DNA of 63,515 bases, counting the filler, from Choristocarpus tenellus KU-1152 (Eukaryota; Protista; Phaeophyceae), in NCBI GenBank assembly GCA_964200185.2. It is 13 parts of 13 records of this genome, joined end to end, with 100 filler letters (N's around TTAATTAATTAA, not from the genome) between each part and the next. Parts side by side here need not be neighbours in the genome. Positions count along the whole stretch, not along the records: positions 26,179 to 29,803 come from CAXNAD020018885.1; positions 29,904 to 36,769 come from CAXNAD020007181.1; positions 36,870 to 40,043 come from CAXNAD020021777.1; 10 more parts are not named here. One strand, written 5' to 3'. Position 1 is the first letter of the stretch. The number at the start of each line of letters is the position of its first letter. A program made the position numbers and the translations under genes. The notes under the pieces were generated by a model. The model did no database searches. It saw only the letters and a list, made by a program, of their open reading frames with translations, and had not been told where the DNA came from. Positions 27,007-40,043 of the stretch are shown here, piece after piece.

Positions 27007-28000
27007 TCCATTACCTGTTGTTGCTTGACACAATATCCTTTGAAGTATTATATTATTATGCTAACCGACCTTTCCCAGATAATACGTGCAACAATACGAA
27101 ATTAACATATTTTCCCATTTGTACTCAAGGGGCATGCACATTACAATATGTTCTAAACATGCATAGGTCAAGGTCCAACATGGTTATAGGTTTCGATGGT
27201 CCTGGTTCGGGCCTGTTAACCGAATATTTATCGCGGACCGGTCCACGGTTCGGTCAAGGAGTATTTGTTGATGGACCTGGATTGGTCTGGTTGAAAAGTA
27301 TTCTACCCAGCCTGGTCCCATCACGTACTACTGGTCTGGTGTAAAGCCCTCGTACGTAACATTAGCATCTATCTGCGTAATGCCCGTGGGTGTATTATAA
27401 ACAATTACTACAGTATATGATAGAGAGCATTTATATGCAAGTTGAAAACCAACCTTTCCTCCTTTTTAACTTGAGCTCAAATTAATGTAGGGGTTCCTTT
27501 TCATGTAATTTGGTAGTCGTCCAGACTCTATGTAACCACCCACGGTCTTGTAGGGTTGTGTTTGCAGTGAACGATCAGTTTCATACCAATCCGACTTCGA
27601 TTTCTTCTATGGAAAATTTATTCTCTGATCTCTCTTCATCATCAAAGTCGGTTGCCGTACTACCTTGATTAACCTCAAATGACTGCCTCTCGATTCATTG
27701 GTCAGGTGCAAGTCTTATGGTGGGTGGGAGGAAGTATACACATACATGAAAAGCACGAAACCCATCTGGCAAGCCCGCCAGAGGGCTGAGCAAAGAAAGG
27801 CAAATGTTAACGAATACTTGACCACAACTAACTGTGAAATATTTTCACCTTGTATGTAGATGGTGGGGGGGAGAGTCACCAGCGCACGGCCTGTTGCTAC
27901 TTACATCAGAAAAATTAGAGTTGTATTTATCGCAGTACAAGTTCGCTTGGAGTTACTTATTATTCCAAATTAAGCATATATTGATTCGTAGTATATATTT

Positions 28001-28393
28001 TATTATTATGTCCTCTGACATTTTGCAGATGTGTCAGGGGGGAAACCAATGAAAACTATATATATATATGTCCTTGTTAGCCCAAAATAAAATATCCTAA
28101 ACATAAGAACACTATAAAACATTGTAAGTGTGGAAACCGCTAATCAGTTACTTCACCACTATCAAATATTGTACTGTCTCCCCGGGGGCACAGGAGTAGG
28201 TAGATGGGAAGATAAGGAAGACAGTACAATATTTGATAGTGGTGAAGTAACTGATTAGTGGTTTCCACACAATGTTTTATAGTGTTCTTATGTTTAGGAT
28301 ATTTTATTTCTTTAGGGCTAATAACGACATACATAGTTTTCATTGGTTTCCTTCCACTGACACATCTGCAAAATGTCAGAGGGCATAATAATA
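28001..28393. mobile_element. Foldback formed by two head-to-head 3' ends of the CRE-like element
   Basis: 28001-28179 is the reverse complement of ~28219-28393. Both arms match the 3' UTR at 17150-17350, and the (TAA)n tails point outward. Confidence 0.85.
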
Positions 28394-28538
28394 AGTACAA
28401 GTAGTTGACTCCTGCTTGTCCGCGCGGATATTCCGCGCAGATATCGCGCATTGGTTAGGTTGAGATCATGTGTCAGTATTACAAGGAACATCCTTAACCC
28501 AGGTTACGAAAAGGCAACTGAAGAGGGACTGAGACATC

Positions 28539-29373
28539 ATGGGACGCTTTTATGTTGTTCCTATGGTGCGGTTGATTCTTCTGGTGTCGTCCTGCTGCGC
28601 CTTCCATGTTCCAGGACCCTCTAAACAGGTTGAAGCTCAGACAGGATCATTCCTTTGCAGTCAGCGGTTTTGTAGTGAACATGTTATCCTCGTGTCTTGC
28701 CCTGTAGCTTTGATCTCTTGATTAACCCCTATCCTGTTCCCACCCGACCAGATAGTCAACCATGGGACACGAAGGCAACGATTCTCGATCGGAGCTTTCC
28801 TAGACACCCCCAGCTCCTTCGACGCCACTGTCAATTGGGATTTTGGGGCAACACGAGTTCCTAGTTCTGGGCTTGTGAAGCCTCTACATGTAGGCAAAGC
28901 ATATATATATATATATATATATATGTACGTGGTTTTGTGTAACAGCTACAACAATATAATCACGACGGGCTAAGAAATGGCCCCAACACGTGCCAATGAA
29001 TTGACAGAACTAATCAACTGCCTATCTGACATCGATTAAGGTCGTTGGCGACACCCAGACAGAGCAGACCTGTCATGTTGTGGGAGCTCGCATAGAAAGT
29101 GGGTACCTCTTCCATTTCAGTAACTTTTCGCCACCCACCACCACCAATCACCACTTAAACGTCCCATAATTACATACTTTTACTCAACTTCACACCAGGT
29201 TGGACCCAGTGGGGCTGGGAGTGCCAGCGACGATGGGGACGCTGCTGATCTTACCCCTGTTCGCCGCGCACTCGTAGCTAGCATATGGATAGCGCTGGTG
29301 GCTTTCGCGTACGGTCCTTTGTCTCCTGGAAATCCTTACGACCCAGCAGATCTTGAATTGGTCAAGTCTTTGT
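28539..29373 (+). CDS. Plastid-targeted membrane protein, DUF2834-like; first three exons (28539-28628, 28752-28889, 29199-29373)
   Basis: Signal peptide ending SSCCA-FHVP, phase-0 GT-AG introns, and WIALVAFAYGPLSPGNPYDPADLELVKSL resembling the N-terminus of cyanobacterial/plant DUF2834 proteins (W...Y...AP.....LELIK.L). Family recognised from memory. Confidence 0.65.
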
Positions 29374-30125
29374 GTGAGTTACAGCAAGGCCTTGATGACG
29401 AGTTCAGAAGTCTGCTGATTGAAGAGAATAAGTGGAAGAATGAGGGGGGCATGCTTACAAGCTTGCTGTTGACAAGAAAAAAGCTCCGAATGGAAGCATG
29501 ATTAGAAGTAGTTCAAGGACCATTTATAGGAGACCCCTATCTTTCCCCTTTGCAACTAAATCCTTTTCTCTGATGTAAACCAGACTCTCTGTCTCAACCG
29601 ACACAAATCCATGAGACCCCCCCCTCACCTTACATCTGTACTACCTGAAAAGGCATTCAATATGCAACAAAAACAATTTGATCCCATTCCCTCCTACACC
29701 TGTGAAATCCGTACAGAATTAGGCCTACAAGGCATGAAACCGATGTGCACCCTCCACCCCCCCCCCTCACACTTCCAATACTCCCAACCCTGTTCCACAA
29801 ATCNNNNNNNNNNNNNNNNNNNNNNNNNNNNNNNNNNNNNNNNNNNNTTAATTAATTAANNNNNNNNNNNNNNNNNNNNNNNNNNNNNNNNNNNNNNNNN
29901 NNNTTTTTTTTTTTTACGATTTTTTTTTTTTTTATTTTAAGCGTTTTTTTTTTTTTCTTTCACTCCTGTTACAATGTTCGAATTGATTAACCACAAGTAG
30001 AATCCCCCCCCCCCCCCCCCCCCCCGCACACACGTAACAGATACAAGACATAGCAAAGGTACCCTCCTCTCCTACTTTTCCCCCAAGTATTGACCTCCCT
30101 CCCGTTCCTCTTTTCCTCTTATCAG

Positions 30126-33100
30126 ACTTGATGGTTGCTGCTCTTGCTGTTGCTCTTCCCTTCAAAAAAACACTTAGGTCTGGAAGGACGCCCCAGGCCC
30201 CCCCTCCGCCTCCCATGGACGAAAACCTTCTCGCCCCTCCTCCTCCTCCATGGGAGTTCTCCCAAAACATCCAGGCACATGTTGGACACACAGTGGGACT
30301 GGGTGTGGATTGGTTGTGTCTTGTGTCATGTGTCTTGGTGCTGGCAAGGCAGTACCGGGCTTTTGATATGTATACTTACTCTCTTGTGTCCCTGATTCCA
30401 AGTATTGTTGTGTAGGTATCATTGTTATGTAGGTATCACTGTTATGTAGGTATCATTGTTATGTAGGTATCATTGTTATGTAGGTATCATTGTTATGTAG
30501 GTATCACTGTTATGTAGGTATCACTGTTATGTAGGTATCATTGTTATGTAGGTATCATTGTTATGTAGGTATCACTGTTATGTAGGTATCACTGTTATGT
30601 AGGTATCATTGTTATGTAGGTATGTTACTATCCGATCCTAACCTTGTCTCTAACCTCTTGTTCGCAACCGAAGCTCTCTTTCTAGACTGATTTGCTGCTA
30701 AACAAGCCAGACTTTTGTTCTTGCCCTTACCCTATTGCTAACCCCCAGTGTCAGCACCATATCCTGTTGATATGCATGCGCATGTGTCTTGAACCATCCC
30801 AATAGAAATAATAATAATAATTTAAAAATCTGTGTTAAATCTCTGTGTATGCACTCACGAACTAACTTTGTATCGTTGTTTTTATCATTGTGTATCTTAT
30901 TTTTTATTGTTACTAATATGATTATCATTACTTTCCCCCACAGTAGGATTTATGACCACCCTTCTCGGAAAAGACCAAGTGAATCATATGCACATTTTGG
31001 GTCTAAATTAATGTTATTATTATTATTGTTGTTAATGTTATTGTTGTTATTATTGCTGTTACAATTATTGTTGTTATAATTATTGTTATTATTATTATTG
31101 TTGTTTATGTTATTGTTGTTATTATTATTGTTGTTATAATTATTGTTGTTGTTATTATTATTGTTATTATTATTGTTGTTGTTGCATGCGGCAAAGATAA
31201 ATTAAATATAGTACATTGTTATTATTATTATTGTTGTTATTGTTGCTATAACGTCATTTGTCCGATTTGATCCAAGCGTAAGTTGGGAGAAGTCTGATGT
31301 TGTGGTTCGAAAACACTGAGGAGCATAGCGCTTGAAACAGCTCCGATTTTTAAAAAGGAGAAGAAAGAAATCGACCTGATTGAAGGGCATCCTTCACACC
31401 CCAACATGGTGTAGCGCTGCGAGGCAAGAGGCCCCCAGTCGGTTTGGGGCGGCCCCATTAAGGACACGAAAAATTCGACTTCCTATCATTTCTGTGTAAT
31501 CTTCCTCCTCTGTCGGAATCATCACTATCTTCCCTAGCTGGTATCCTAGACAAGGTAGTGCTCATGTTTGCTCGAGAAAGGGTAGACGGTATTGTCCTCA
31601 CATAGGAGGACATAACCGACAGATGGATCCTCAAAATCCATAGACCCAAGGCCTGTACAGGGTTCATGCGGATTTATAGATATGAATACAGATAGGTAGT
31701 TGAAACAGCCGATTTCAAAAATTGAGGATGGAGCTTTTCATTGAGGATGGGCTTGACCCCAAATTGACTGGGANNNNNNNNNNAAACCCAAAAAAAAAGG
31801 ACGATGGAGGTTTTAATGGAGGTTAAGATTGACCCCAAATTGACTGGGATAAAGTGTCGATTTTTTTTTTTTTGTATTGTCATTTAAAGAAAAGTGCGAC
31901 CTTGTGGTTAGAAGAAGGTGTCTGTTCTGTATTGTTCGTACAGTCGAAATATAAAGGAAAAAAATACATACAACCCAACAAAAAATATATATATCGATTT
32001 TCGATTTTCGATTATTTCTCAGATATTTTACTCCCGTATAGTTGGTTCCACCGCAAGTTACGACACTTGATAAGTCACTTTTTGGTACATTGATTTACTC
32101 AAGACACTGTGTGTGTCTCTAAGCAAGAGCCAAATTGGCTGATTTTGATTTTGACTGTGTTTTAAAACGATCCAAGGTGTGTAAAAGAAATAATAGACTC
32201 TTTGAGCACGAATCCCAACTAACTGAAGGCTTGGGGCCGATCATCAACAGGCGGACGTAAATGCCCCCAAGCGTTCGGTGGTTCAGCTGCAGTGGGTGAA
32301 CTGTGTTCGTTGTGCATTGAATTTGGGCTCCACCATGTAATTGGAATGCCTCTATTCGTCCAAGTACAGCAGGAACATATACATACATATATATATATAT
32401 GTATATACGTATGATTTTGGCTATACTCCCACTTCATATTGTGTTGATCACCACAGTAGGTTCAAGAGTTAACAGCCTTGACAATGACAGGTTATGTGGT
32501 GTTTCGGCTCTTAGCACTGCTTTAGAAGCCCTCTCTTAAACAAAGTGCATCGCCCAGACCCAGGTAATCCTATGTCATTGTTGGATGAAGGAAAGAGTGT
32601 GTACACCTCTGTTCCCTTTCGTTTGGCTAGTCAACACTACACATAGCACTCACGATGTTGTTGTCTCCAAGAGAGGAGCTACCGTGCGGTAATCCTGACC
32701 CTCTAGTCATTGGTAGGCCCAAGGCCTTGCATACCTGTCTGCTCCACAACTAACGGTACTCTACTTTGTTAGTTTGTGCCGTACCATACTTCAATATGCT
32801 AGACTGTGGTGTACTGAACTTGACAACAGCAGCAGTTCTTTTCAGCAGTTTGACGGACCTTTTCTTTGTTGAATGAGACATTGGATTGGCATGGCAGTTT
32901 GTCGATTTTGTCGTGATTCATCGAAAATAAAAAAAACTCAACTCAGCTGTAATTTCGAATGATGTCTTTTCGTGCGTGTGCTCGCTCAGCTCGCAGAACC
33001 CCGTTGTTGGTTGACGTTTCCCACACATCGCCTCGCGCATGACTCAAATGTATAATAAAAAATTAACATTTTGTCAAGTCGATTTAAGTTAAGCTCATAA

Positions 33101-34930
33101 TTGCTTGCGAACCTCTACTGCTACCCCCCTTGCCCTGTTCATTCCTGTTACTAATATCTGATACATCAACACTTGGAACTCACCGTCTATGACGCAAACT
33201 CTCCTACTGTTTAGTCTACCTACCACTGAAGCATATAACAACAGACTTCCTCTCTTCCAACCATACCTCTAACCAAATCCTCCTGTGGGATTTTCCTCCT
33301 CCGCTGCCCCTCCTACCTGTGTTTATGACAATGTGTTTGCATTGAATATGTGTAGTACTCCATCAGTGTGAGATGCATGTTCTGGGGTAGTGGTGCGGAG
33401 AATGGAGTGGTTCTCTTTAGATGGAGAGCTACAGTGTAGTCTTGACCAGAGCTGCACTACTACCGAGAACTTTAACTCTTCTTTCCTTGCTGCATCCCCC
33501 TTTTTCGCCAACCAATCCCACGCGCATCCTCCGCTCTATACCCTTGTCTCTTCAGGACATAGAGGAGAAACTTGTCGCTGGAGGGCGTGGGCTTGCAATG
33601 CTGTCAAGGGCAGTGGAGGTGATCCAGCACATGCATTACATTCGTATTATATACCATTTTGACATATACTTCGGCATATGGCTTTTCCAAAATGAGTTGT
33701 ACTGCAATATGTACTCCTCTCTGTCAGGTCCCTGCAGAGCTTAAATATTCAATATTTTGTAGGGGCCTTGGGTTTGGAACTGGGCCTGGGATCGTCAAAG
33801 AGGTATGGAGGGATGGCTCTGTTTGGCGTGTGTGAAGGTTGAAAAGGTGCCTTTGCATTAGGTTAGGTTGGTGACATTTTCACACTACTATATTGAGGTA
33901 GGGTTAGGGTTAGGGTTTTTGGCTGGACCTGCACGTCGTGGAAGGTTTTTAGGTGTGGTGATTAAAGAGTGAAAGTATCTTAGAGGGTACGAGTTTTGCC
34001 TTGTTTGTCCATTTGGGGCTTGGTTTGCCATGGGATATTTTGATGACATTTTCCTACTCCAAAATGTTTCGGAGTAGGTAAAATGTATGTATGTTATAAA
34101 AAGGTGTGCCCGGAACAAGGATATTGATACTTCCTTAACAAACACAATAGTCAAAATTACATCAAAATCGCAAAATTGGATTCTGACCCCAAATGGACGC
34201 AGCTCTACCCTCTAAGATACTTTGGCTCAAAACGGAGTATCACCGAGATCGGAATTCTGTATTTCAAGTATCTGTGTGCTGTTAACTGAGGATTAGGGTT
34301 AGGGTTAACTGTTGATGTGTATGTTGGATTTTGAATTTCAATATGGGTGGTATTTCTGATGGAAGTGCTGAGTTGTTTTTCTTGTACAGTATAAAGGTGC
34401 TCACCAACCCTCCCATTGCTTCCCTGGCATCGATGTTGATGCCATATTTGCTTTGGATCTGGCTAACCCTTCTCGCTTAGTGTGTGAAGTGAATTCAATT
34501 GGGCAGTGTCTTAATGGAGGCGTAAGCTTCATTATGTAGTTAGAAACATATATTGTAGATTCATTCTTGCCTGTTGGGAATGTCTTCTTAATTCGTGTAC
34601 TATCATGGAGAAAATATGTGTCAAGTTATTGATAGTATTAGCTAATCCAGAGAGGGTATCTCTCCTTGTGTGTTGTTAGTGGTAACAGCAGATGAATCAA
34701 ATGATGGACCTGTCTCACTGCAGTATTGGTATCACACATCGCATAACCATTCAAGAGTGCTGACTCTCAAAGGGATGCAATTGTTCCCCTTCCCCTCTTC
34801 CTCCACATGTTGGCAGGCGCTATCATTGGAAGGACTGGAACCAAGTCCTATGGAAGATGACTTTGATGAAGCCTTCGGCCAAGGCCAGGACCGTGGCCAG
34901 GACCGCGGTGGGGGTGGAGGCAGGGGATGA
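30126..34930 (+). CDS. 3' exons of an unknown gene (~30126-30273, 33556-33618, 34817-34930)
   Basis: Three short open segments, each after a pyrimidine tract and CAG, with the last ending in TGA. The first donor site is uncertain. Confidence 0.4.
30412..30623. repeat. 17-bp minisatellite GTAGGTATCAYTGTTAT, ~12.5 copies
   Basis: Direct tandem units with a single T/C variable site and no spacers. Confidence 0.95.
31010..31183. repeat. (TTA/TTG)n microsatellite
   Basis: Directly visible. Confidence 0.9.
33967..34228. mobile_element. MITE family A, complete
   Basis: TIRs GAGTGAAAGTATCTTAGAGGGTA / TACCCTCTAAGATACTTTGGCTC; flanks TAAA/AAAA. Confidence 0.92.
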
Positions 34931-36869
34931 GATATGGGCTATGGTTGATTAGAAATGTAGGGGGGGAAAAGTCATGGGAAATGCACCTCCAAGTGTTGAG
35001 TGTTGATTCTTTCTTGTGCAGGTGGAGGACGTGTGGTGGTGCTTGATGACTATATTGTGGTTGGAGTATCGCTGGTAAGCCTTGTTATGGGGATAGAGAT
35101 TTGGAGCAAGAACTCTATGATGCATGTATTGAATGTTCCCGGAATGTCGTGTAGAGCACCTTTTCGTTGTGCAATTATTCTATGCCCTGATACTTTGTCA
35201 AGGACTTGCTTTTATAAGATCGCATACAAATAACCCCTAGAATATGTATTGCTATGGATTTCATCTCTATGAAACGCACCAAGCATACGCATAGTTGGAA
35301 GTATTTCTTACTCCGTTACACTTTTTCTGGTGTATGTCTAGTGCAGTCGTTAGTCTGCATGAAGAACGTCTCGTTCGACTTTCTGTATCTCTAAAGTCAT
35401 CCAGCCGATTCGTCTGGCTGTTCTCATCAAAGTGTACTGTATGCCATTTTTTTTTAACTCTGTTCAAGAGGTCTTGCCAGTGGGGTTGACTTTGCCTCTG
35501 GCACCAAATATTGTCTTGCAGAGTGAGCAAAAGAGGTCTTTCAAATCACTCCATCTCGCCCTCTGAGCCCAATCTCGGCACTCTTGTGGTTGAAAGGGAA
35601 ATTGAAAACTATCGCGTATCAGGTGACAGCAGTTGATCGCCAACACTTCCACTTGGGCGACATCTAAGAATGGTATTAAAAATGTGTTCGGTCGGAAGTG
35701 TAATAATAATGGTGGTGTGGTTTTGGACCAGGAAGGGCAAGGGTTTCCCATTGTACTACACAATGTGCATGAGCACTCTTCTTATCTTGCATACTACCAA
35801 CAACACAACTTGTGGCACCCCAGGTGATACCACTGCTGCACTTTTTCTCTACAAACGATCTTGGTCACTTACTCAACCTTGAATGTTGACCGAGGACCTG
35901 ACCTCTTTACTGTGTATGATTGTGCTAGTACTCTATGGTGCACACAGCAAATGTATTTGATGGTCAAAGAATATACTCAGTAATATAGGAACGCGTTCTA
36001 ACACCCGATTCTTGCAGCGAGAGAACCCCAGGCGTTACTTTTCAACTGTATTCTATGTGTGAGTTTTCAAAAGTGACTTCGAAGCAGTGGACATCCTAAG
36101 TGTCTGTGATAGAGAGAGGAACTTACGAATCCTGTGAGCTGTCTATCGCACCCCTTACCTTCTTTTGCTACAACCACTGTGATCCAGCACTGCTCATCCC
36201 CATCTTTATGATGTGAAATAAATGTTGTACAAGCCAAGCATGATCCGATCTACCACATGGTTGGGACTACTTCACACTATTTTCATTTGACCCCGTTCAT
36301 CATATACTACTTTCAAGCAGGAAACTATTCTTACACAGGCCCCTAATAATGCACATCTCGACTCACTCCACATTCTGCCCTCACCCATGCTTGCGCATTG
36401 GGAAACATTGCACTTGGTATCTACTTTACCACTACTATGGATGAATTCACTTTGTTCTACCAATTTCAGGATTGAGAAATGGGTCTACTTGTTCGTTTAC
36501 CATGTGGGAAAAACAGCTAAGGAAACCGTTCCAGGTGTTCCCAGGTTTGTAGGTTAGAAAGATTAGAACCACGTATTGATATGATGAAGAGCAGTCTTTA
36601 CATATAGCGTACTAAGTGCAATACTCATAAATCAGTGTACTTCTACGCAGCATGTTTTATACTCCGTTCCCAAACCCCTTCCATGCCAATGGAGAGCATA
36701 CTCCCCTTCCACCAACCTCACAACCCCTCCCTCCACTGCCCACCATGAACATCCCCCCCCCCTCTCACCNNNNNNNNNNNNNNNNNNNNNNNNNNNNNNN
36801 NNNNNNNNNNNNNTTAATTAATTAANNNNNNNNNNNNNNNNNNNNNNNNNNNNNNNNNNNNNNNNNNNN

Positions 36870-36999
36870 CTGTCCATTTGGGGACATTTTTTTCATGTCG
36901 CGATTTTTGGGTGATTTGGTTGCATACGTCGGATGGATAATTGAAAGTGCACTTTTCCTGCTTATGACCCAAATGGACACCCCCCAGATACTTTGGGCC
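36870..36999. mobile_element. MITE family B, reverse orientation, cut by spacer
   Basis: Ends CCCCAGATACTTTGGGCC; the internal sequence is the reverse complement of the copy at 53556-53730. Confidence 0.85.
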
Positions 37000-39154
37000 A
37001 AAAATAGTTTATTTTTCATTTTCCTCAGTTTATTTCTTCCGTGCTATTTGTGTTTTCTCATGTATTGTGTATTGCTCTCTTCTAACTAGCTTTCGTCCAT
37101 GAATAGCAGATAATTTCTCAACTCAGAACATATGTGAGAAGAGAATACACACCACATACATTCTGTTTGAGAAAATACCAATACCAAAGAAAAAAATACA
37201 GAGTAGGGAAAAAGAAATGGAACGCACTCAGTTTATGTATGAGAGAAACAAATGGTTGAGATAGGATGTTAGTAGCATCGACATACGTCTCCAGTTGGAT
37301 GGGAAAGAGCATGAAAAGAACGAAATTTTAGTGACACCCATGTCCATCCAATCCGAACAGTACTCATGGCATACAAGTGAATATGTGCCTTGTTTTACTG
37401 GTTTCTTTCAATTCGCATTTTTTCTAGAGGAAACAATAGTGTAAATATCGTGAAGGAATGCGACGCTTTGCTCTTCATTTTGAATTATTCATCTCCATTT
37501 CTTAGCCAGGATCTATACCCATAAGAGTAGAGTGAGTGTGATGAAAATTTTGTGTACGGTGTTGTTGTCCAATTTATTTCAATATTTTAATTCTTTACGT
37601 TAACTACATTAAAAAAAATAATTGTCGCTGGTATGTATTGGTTTATTGTAAGAATGAACAAATGTTTGTCTTCTTTTTACGATGAGGTCATTTGATTCTA
37701 GACTTTTCCGATTTTGGAAGGAGCATCTCAACACAGGAGGGCTTTCCACACTGGAGAACATTCTTTAATTTCTTATGGGCCTCTATTCTTCGCATTTATA
37801 TAGGCAAGAGATAGGGTGAATTGTACACGATATTGATGTGGTTTTAAATAGAAAATGGACAAAACCTTTCTACCCCTCTAAATATTTGACTCTTTTTCTG
37901 TATGTATAACGTATGTATGTATATATATATGACTATTTTTATTTACTTAGGATTATATCTTTAAAATTCACAGATTTTGTTAAATCTTAACACTCCCCAA
38001 CGACATTGAATACCTCCAGAAGCATGTGAAAAGTCTTTAAAACGTTCCCAAAAACGCGTCCCCTGTGCACATCACCGTTTGTGTATCGACCGCACATGTT
38101 CGTACTGTACAGCTGTGCCTGACACCAGATGTGACGTTAGTATTCCCACATATTGTTTTATCCTTTTCATAGATAGGACAGCTGATTATGTGTTTGAGAA
38201 TTATTCTAGAGTACGGAGCAGACTTCCAGCTTTCTCCCTCGAGTTCACTTCTGCTTTTCGTTTACACTTTCAACATTTCAGGATGATAAATATTCAGATT
38301 CAAAATCCCTTAACCTTCCTCCGCACAAGGCAACTAGTCTCTTCTCAGAGGTCAATGTTAATTCACCGCATCAGCATTGGTTTGTGATTCATTGCAATCA
38401 ATTCATCAAGGCTCTTCTAAGATCAGGACACATCCTCACTGCTTCATGCTTCATTGCGTTCAATCAAGCAATCCTCTTCCCAGAGCACGACACCTGGTTG
38501 ATCATACTGGAATAAGGCAGTGCTTCATTGCACAAACAAGCCTCTTCACAGAGCATTCAGTTTGAACCACCACATCGTCGCCAATCCATACTTCTGTATA
38601 CTAAACTGTTCAGCCTAAGGTTCCAATAGGATGCTGGCAGAATATAGGCTACTTGCAGGACCAAACACACATGAGGACACCATTTACTTCATTCAGGAAG
38701 GGAATGCTAGTAGTAGAGTATAGAGTGGGTAGAATTGGACTCAACCACACCATTCAGGTAGTAGTATATACAGTGTGTGCACACATTCACATATGTAGAG
38801 CAATAGTACTCGATGATGGCAGGATGATCTATTGATCACTAGAGTGCATCAAAACGCACCTTCTTTCGCGCTGTTTCATTCAACTAGGAAGGTTTGCTGA
38901 TAATAGAGTAGAAAATGGATACAATTGAACTTAACCACACAGGGAAACTGCAGGGATAACTGCAGGTAAGGATTGAAGACCACCAATAGTATTTTACGTG
39001 TGTGTAGTAGTACACACGACAAAAACTGATATCTCCTATACAGTACTATGCACATCAATACGGTATGCTCTTATTGCACCAGTCAAACTCCCTGACCTAG
39101 CAGGCATATTTCAACCTGAAACCAGGCCCATCCACAGAAGAGCCACGATTATCG

Positions 39155-39842
39155 TTTCAACTGCCCAGTCTAATCTTCGTCTATGCCCATTTGGCGCAAT
39201 GATCATTCATAGTTAACTCGGGGCAGCCCTAGGGACCGGCTGGTAGCAGCACTTATCATTCTCATAGCCACACTGTCCCCTCAACTGGTTCGGTTAGGAA
39301 CACCCCACCTGAGGTTGCCTTTCCCTCCTGTGCCACACCTAGCTAGTTCCAACATCATCTCTTTGTGAGATCTGGGATCTCTCTTTCGACCTGCTGGTTA
39401 TCACAGCTCACAAGACAGGCGGAAGAGGGGTCATTGTTAGGGTGGTGGGTAACAATAGCAACCAACCACTACTCGAATACACAAAATACGTTGGTGACGT
39501 TTACTGTACTGTACTACTGAAGTAGTGCATTGTCATCTCCATGCATTCGTACTTACAGAAGGTACTGTGGGAGAAACGGTTGTTTTTTCACTGCCGGTGC
39601 CAACACGAATGATATACAAACTGTCAATAGTCAATGTAATCAACTGGATGGATGACGTCTGCAATAAAATTGATCATCGGGACCAACCCTTTCAAGTTCC
39701 GAGCCTAATCTCCGTTTGTCCATTTGGCGCAGTGATCATTCATGGTTGAATGGGGCAACCCTAGGGACTGGCTGGTAGCAGCACTGATCGTTCTCATAAC
39801 CACCCTGACCTCTCGACTGGTCCGGTTAGGGACACCTCACCC
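39155..39842. repeat. Two diverged ~155-bp direct repeats (39155-39310 and 39690-39842)
   Basis: Both share CCATTTGGCGCARTGATCATTCAT...CCCTAGGGAC...GGCTGGTAGCAGCACT...GGTTAGG. Confidence 0.8.
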
Positions 39843-39903
39843 TCCTGAGCCAGCAGTGTGCTATTCCAGAGACTTCATGATACCCTACACAGTCTGAAAG
39901 TCG

Positions 39904-40043
39904 GAGTAAAAGTATCTTAGAGGGTACGGGGTTAGGCCTGTTTGTCCATTTGGGGCTTGGCTTCCCATGGGTTCTTTTATAACATTTTGCTACTTCAAAA
40001 TGTTTAGGAGTAGGTAAAGTATTTATGTTATTAGAAGGTGTGT
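39904..40043. mobile_element. MITE family A, one end only (cut by spacer)
   Basis: Starts GAGTAAAAGTATCTTAGAGGGTA. Confidence 0.85.

Noticed and set aside
30412-30623. Possible CRISPR array (also 46719-46838)
   Set aside because: The units are contiguous with no unique spacers, there are no cas genes, and the context is eukaryotic.
35464-35830. Possible pogo/DDE_1 remnant (RPNTFLIPFLDV resembling PPNTT..LQPLDV)
   Set aside because: Only a single weak motif.
37853-37892. Diverged MITE-A-like end (AAATGGAC...TACCCCTCTAAATATTTGACTC)
   Set aside because: No matching opposite end or TSD was found, so it is not counted as a copy.
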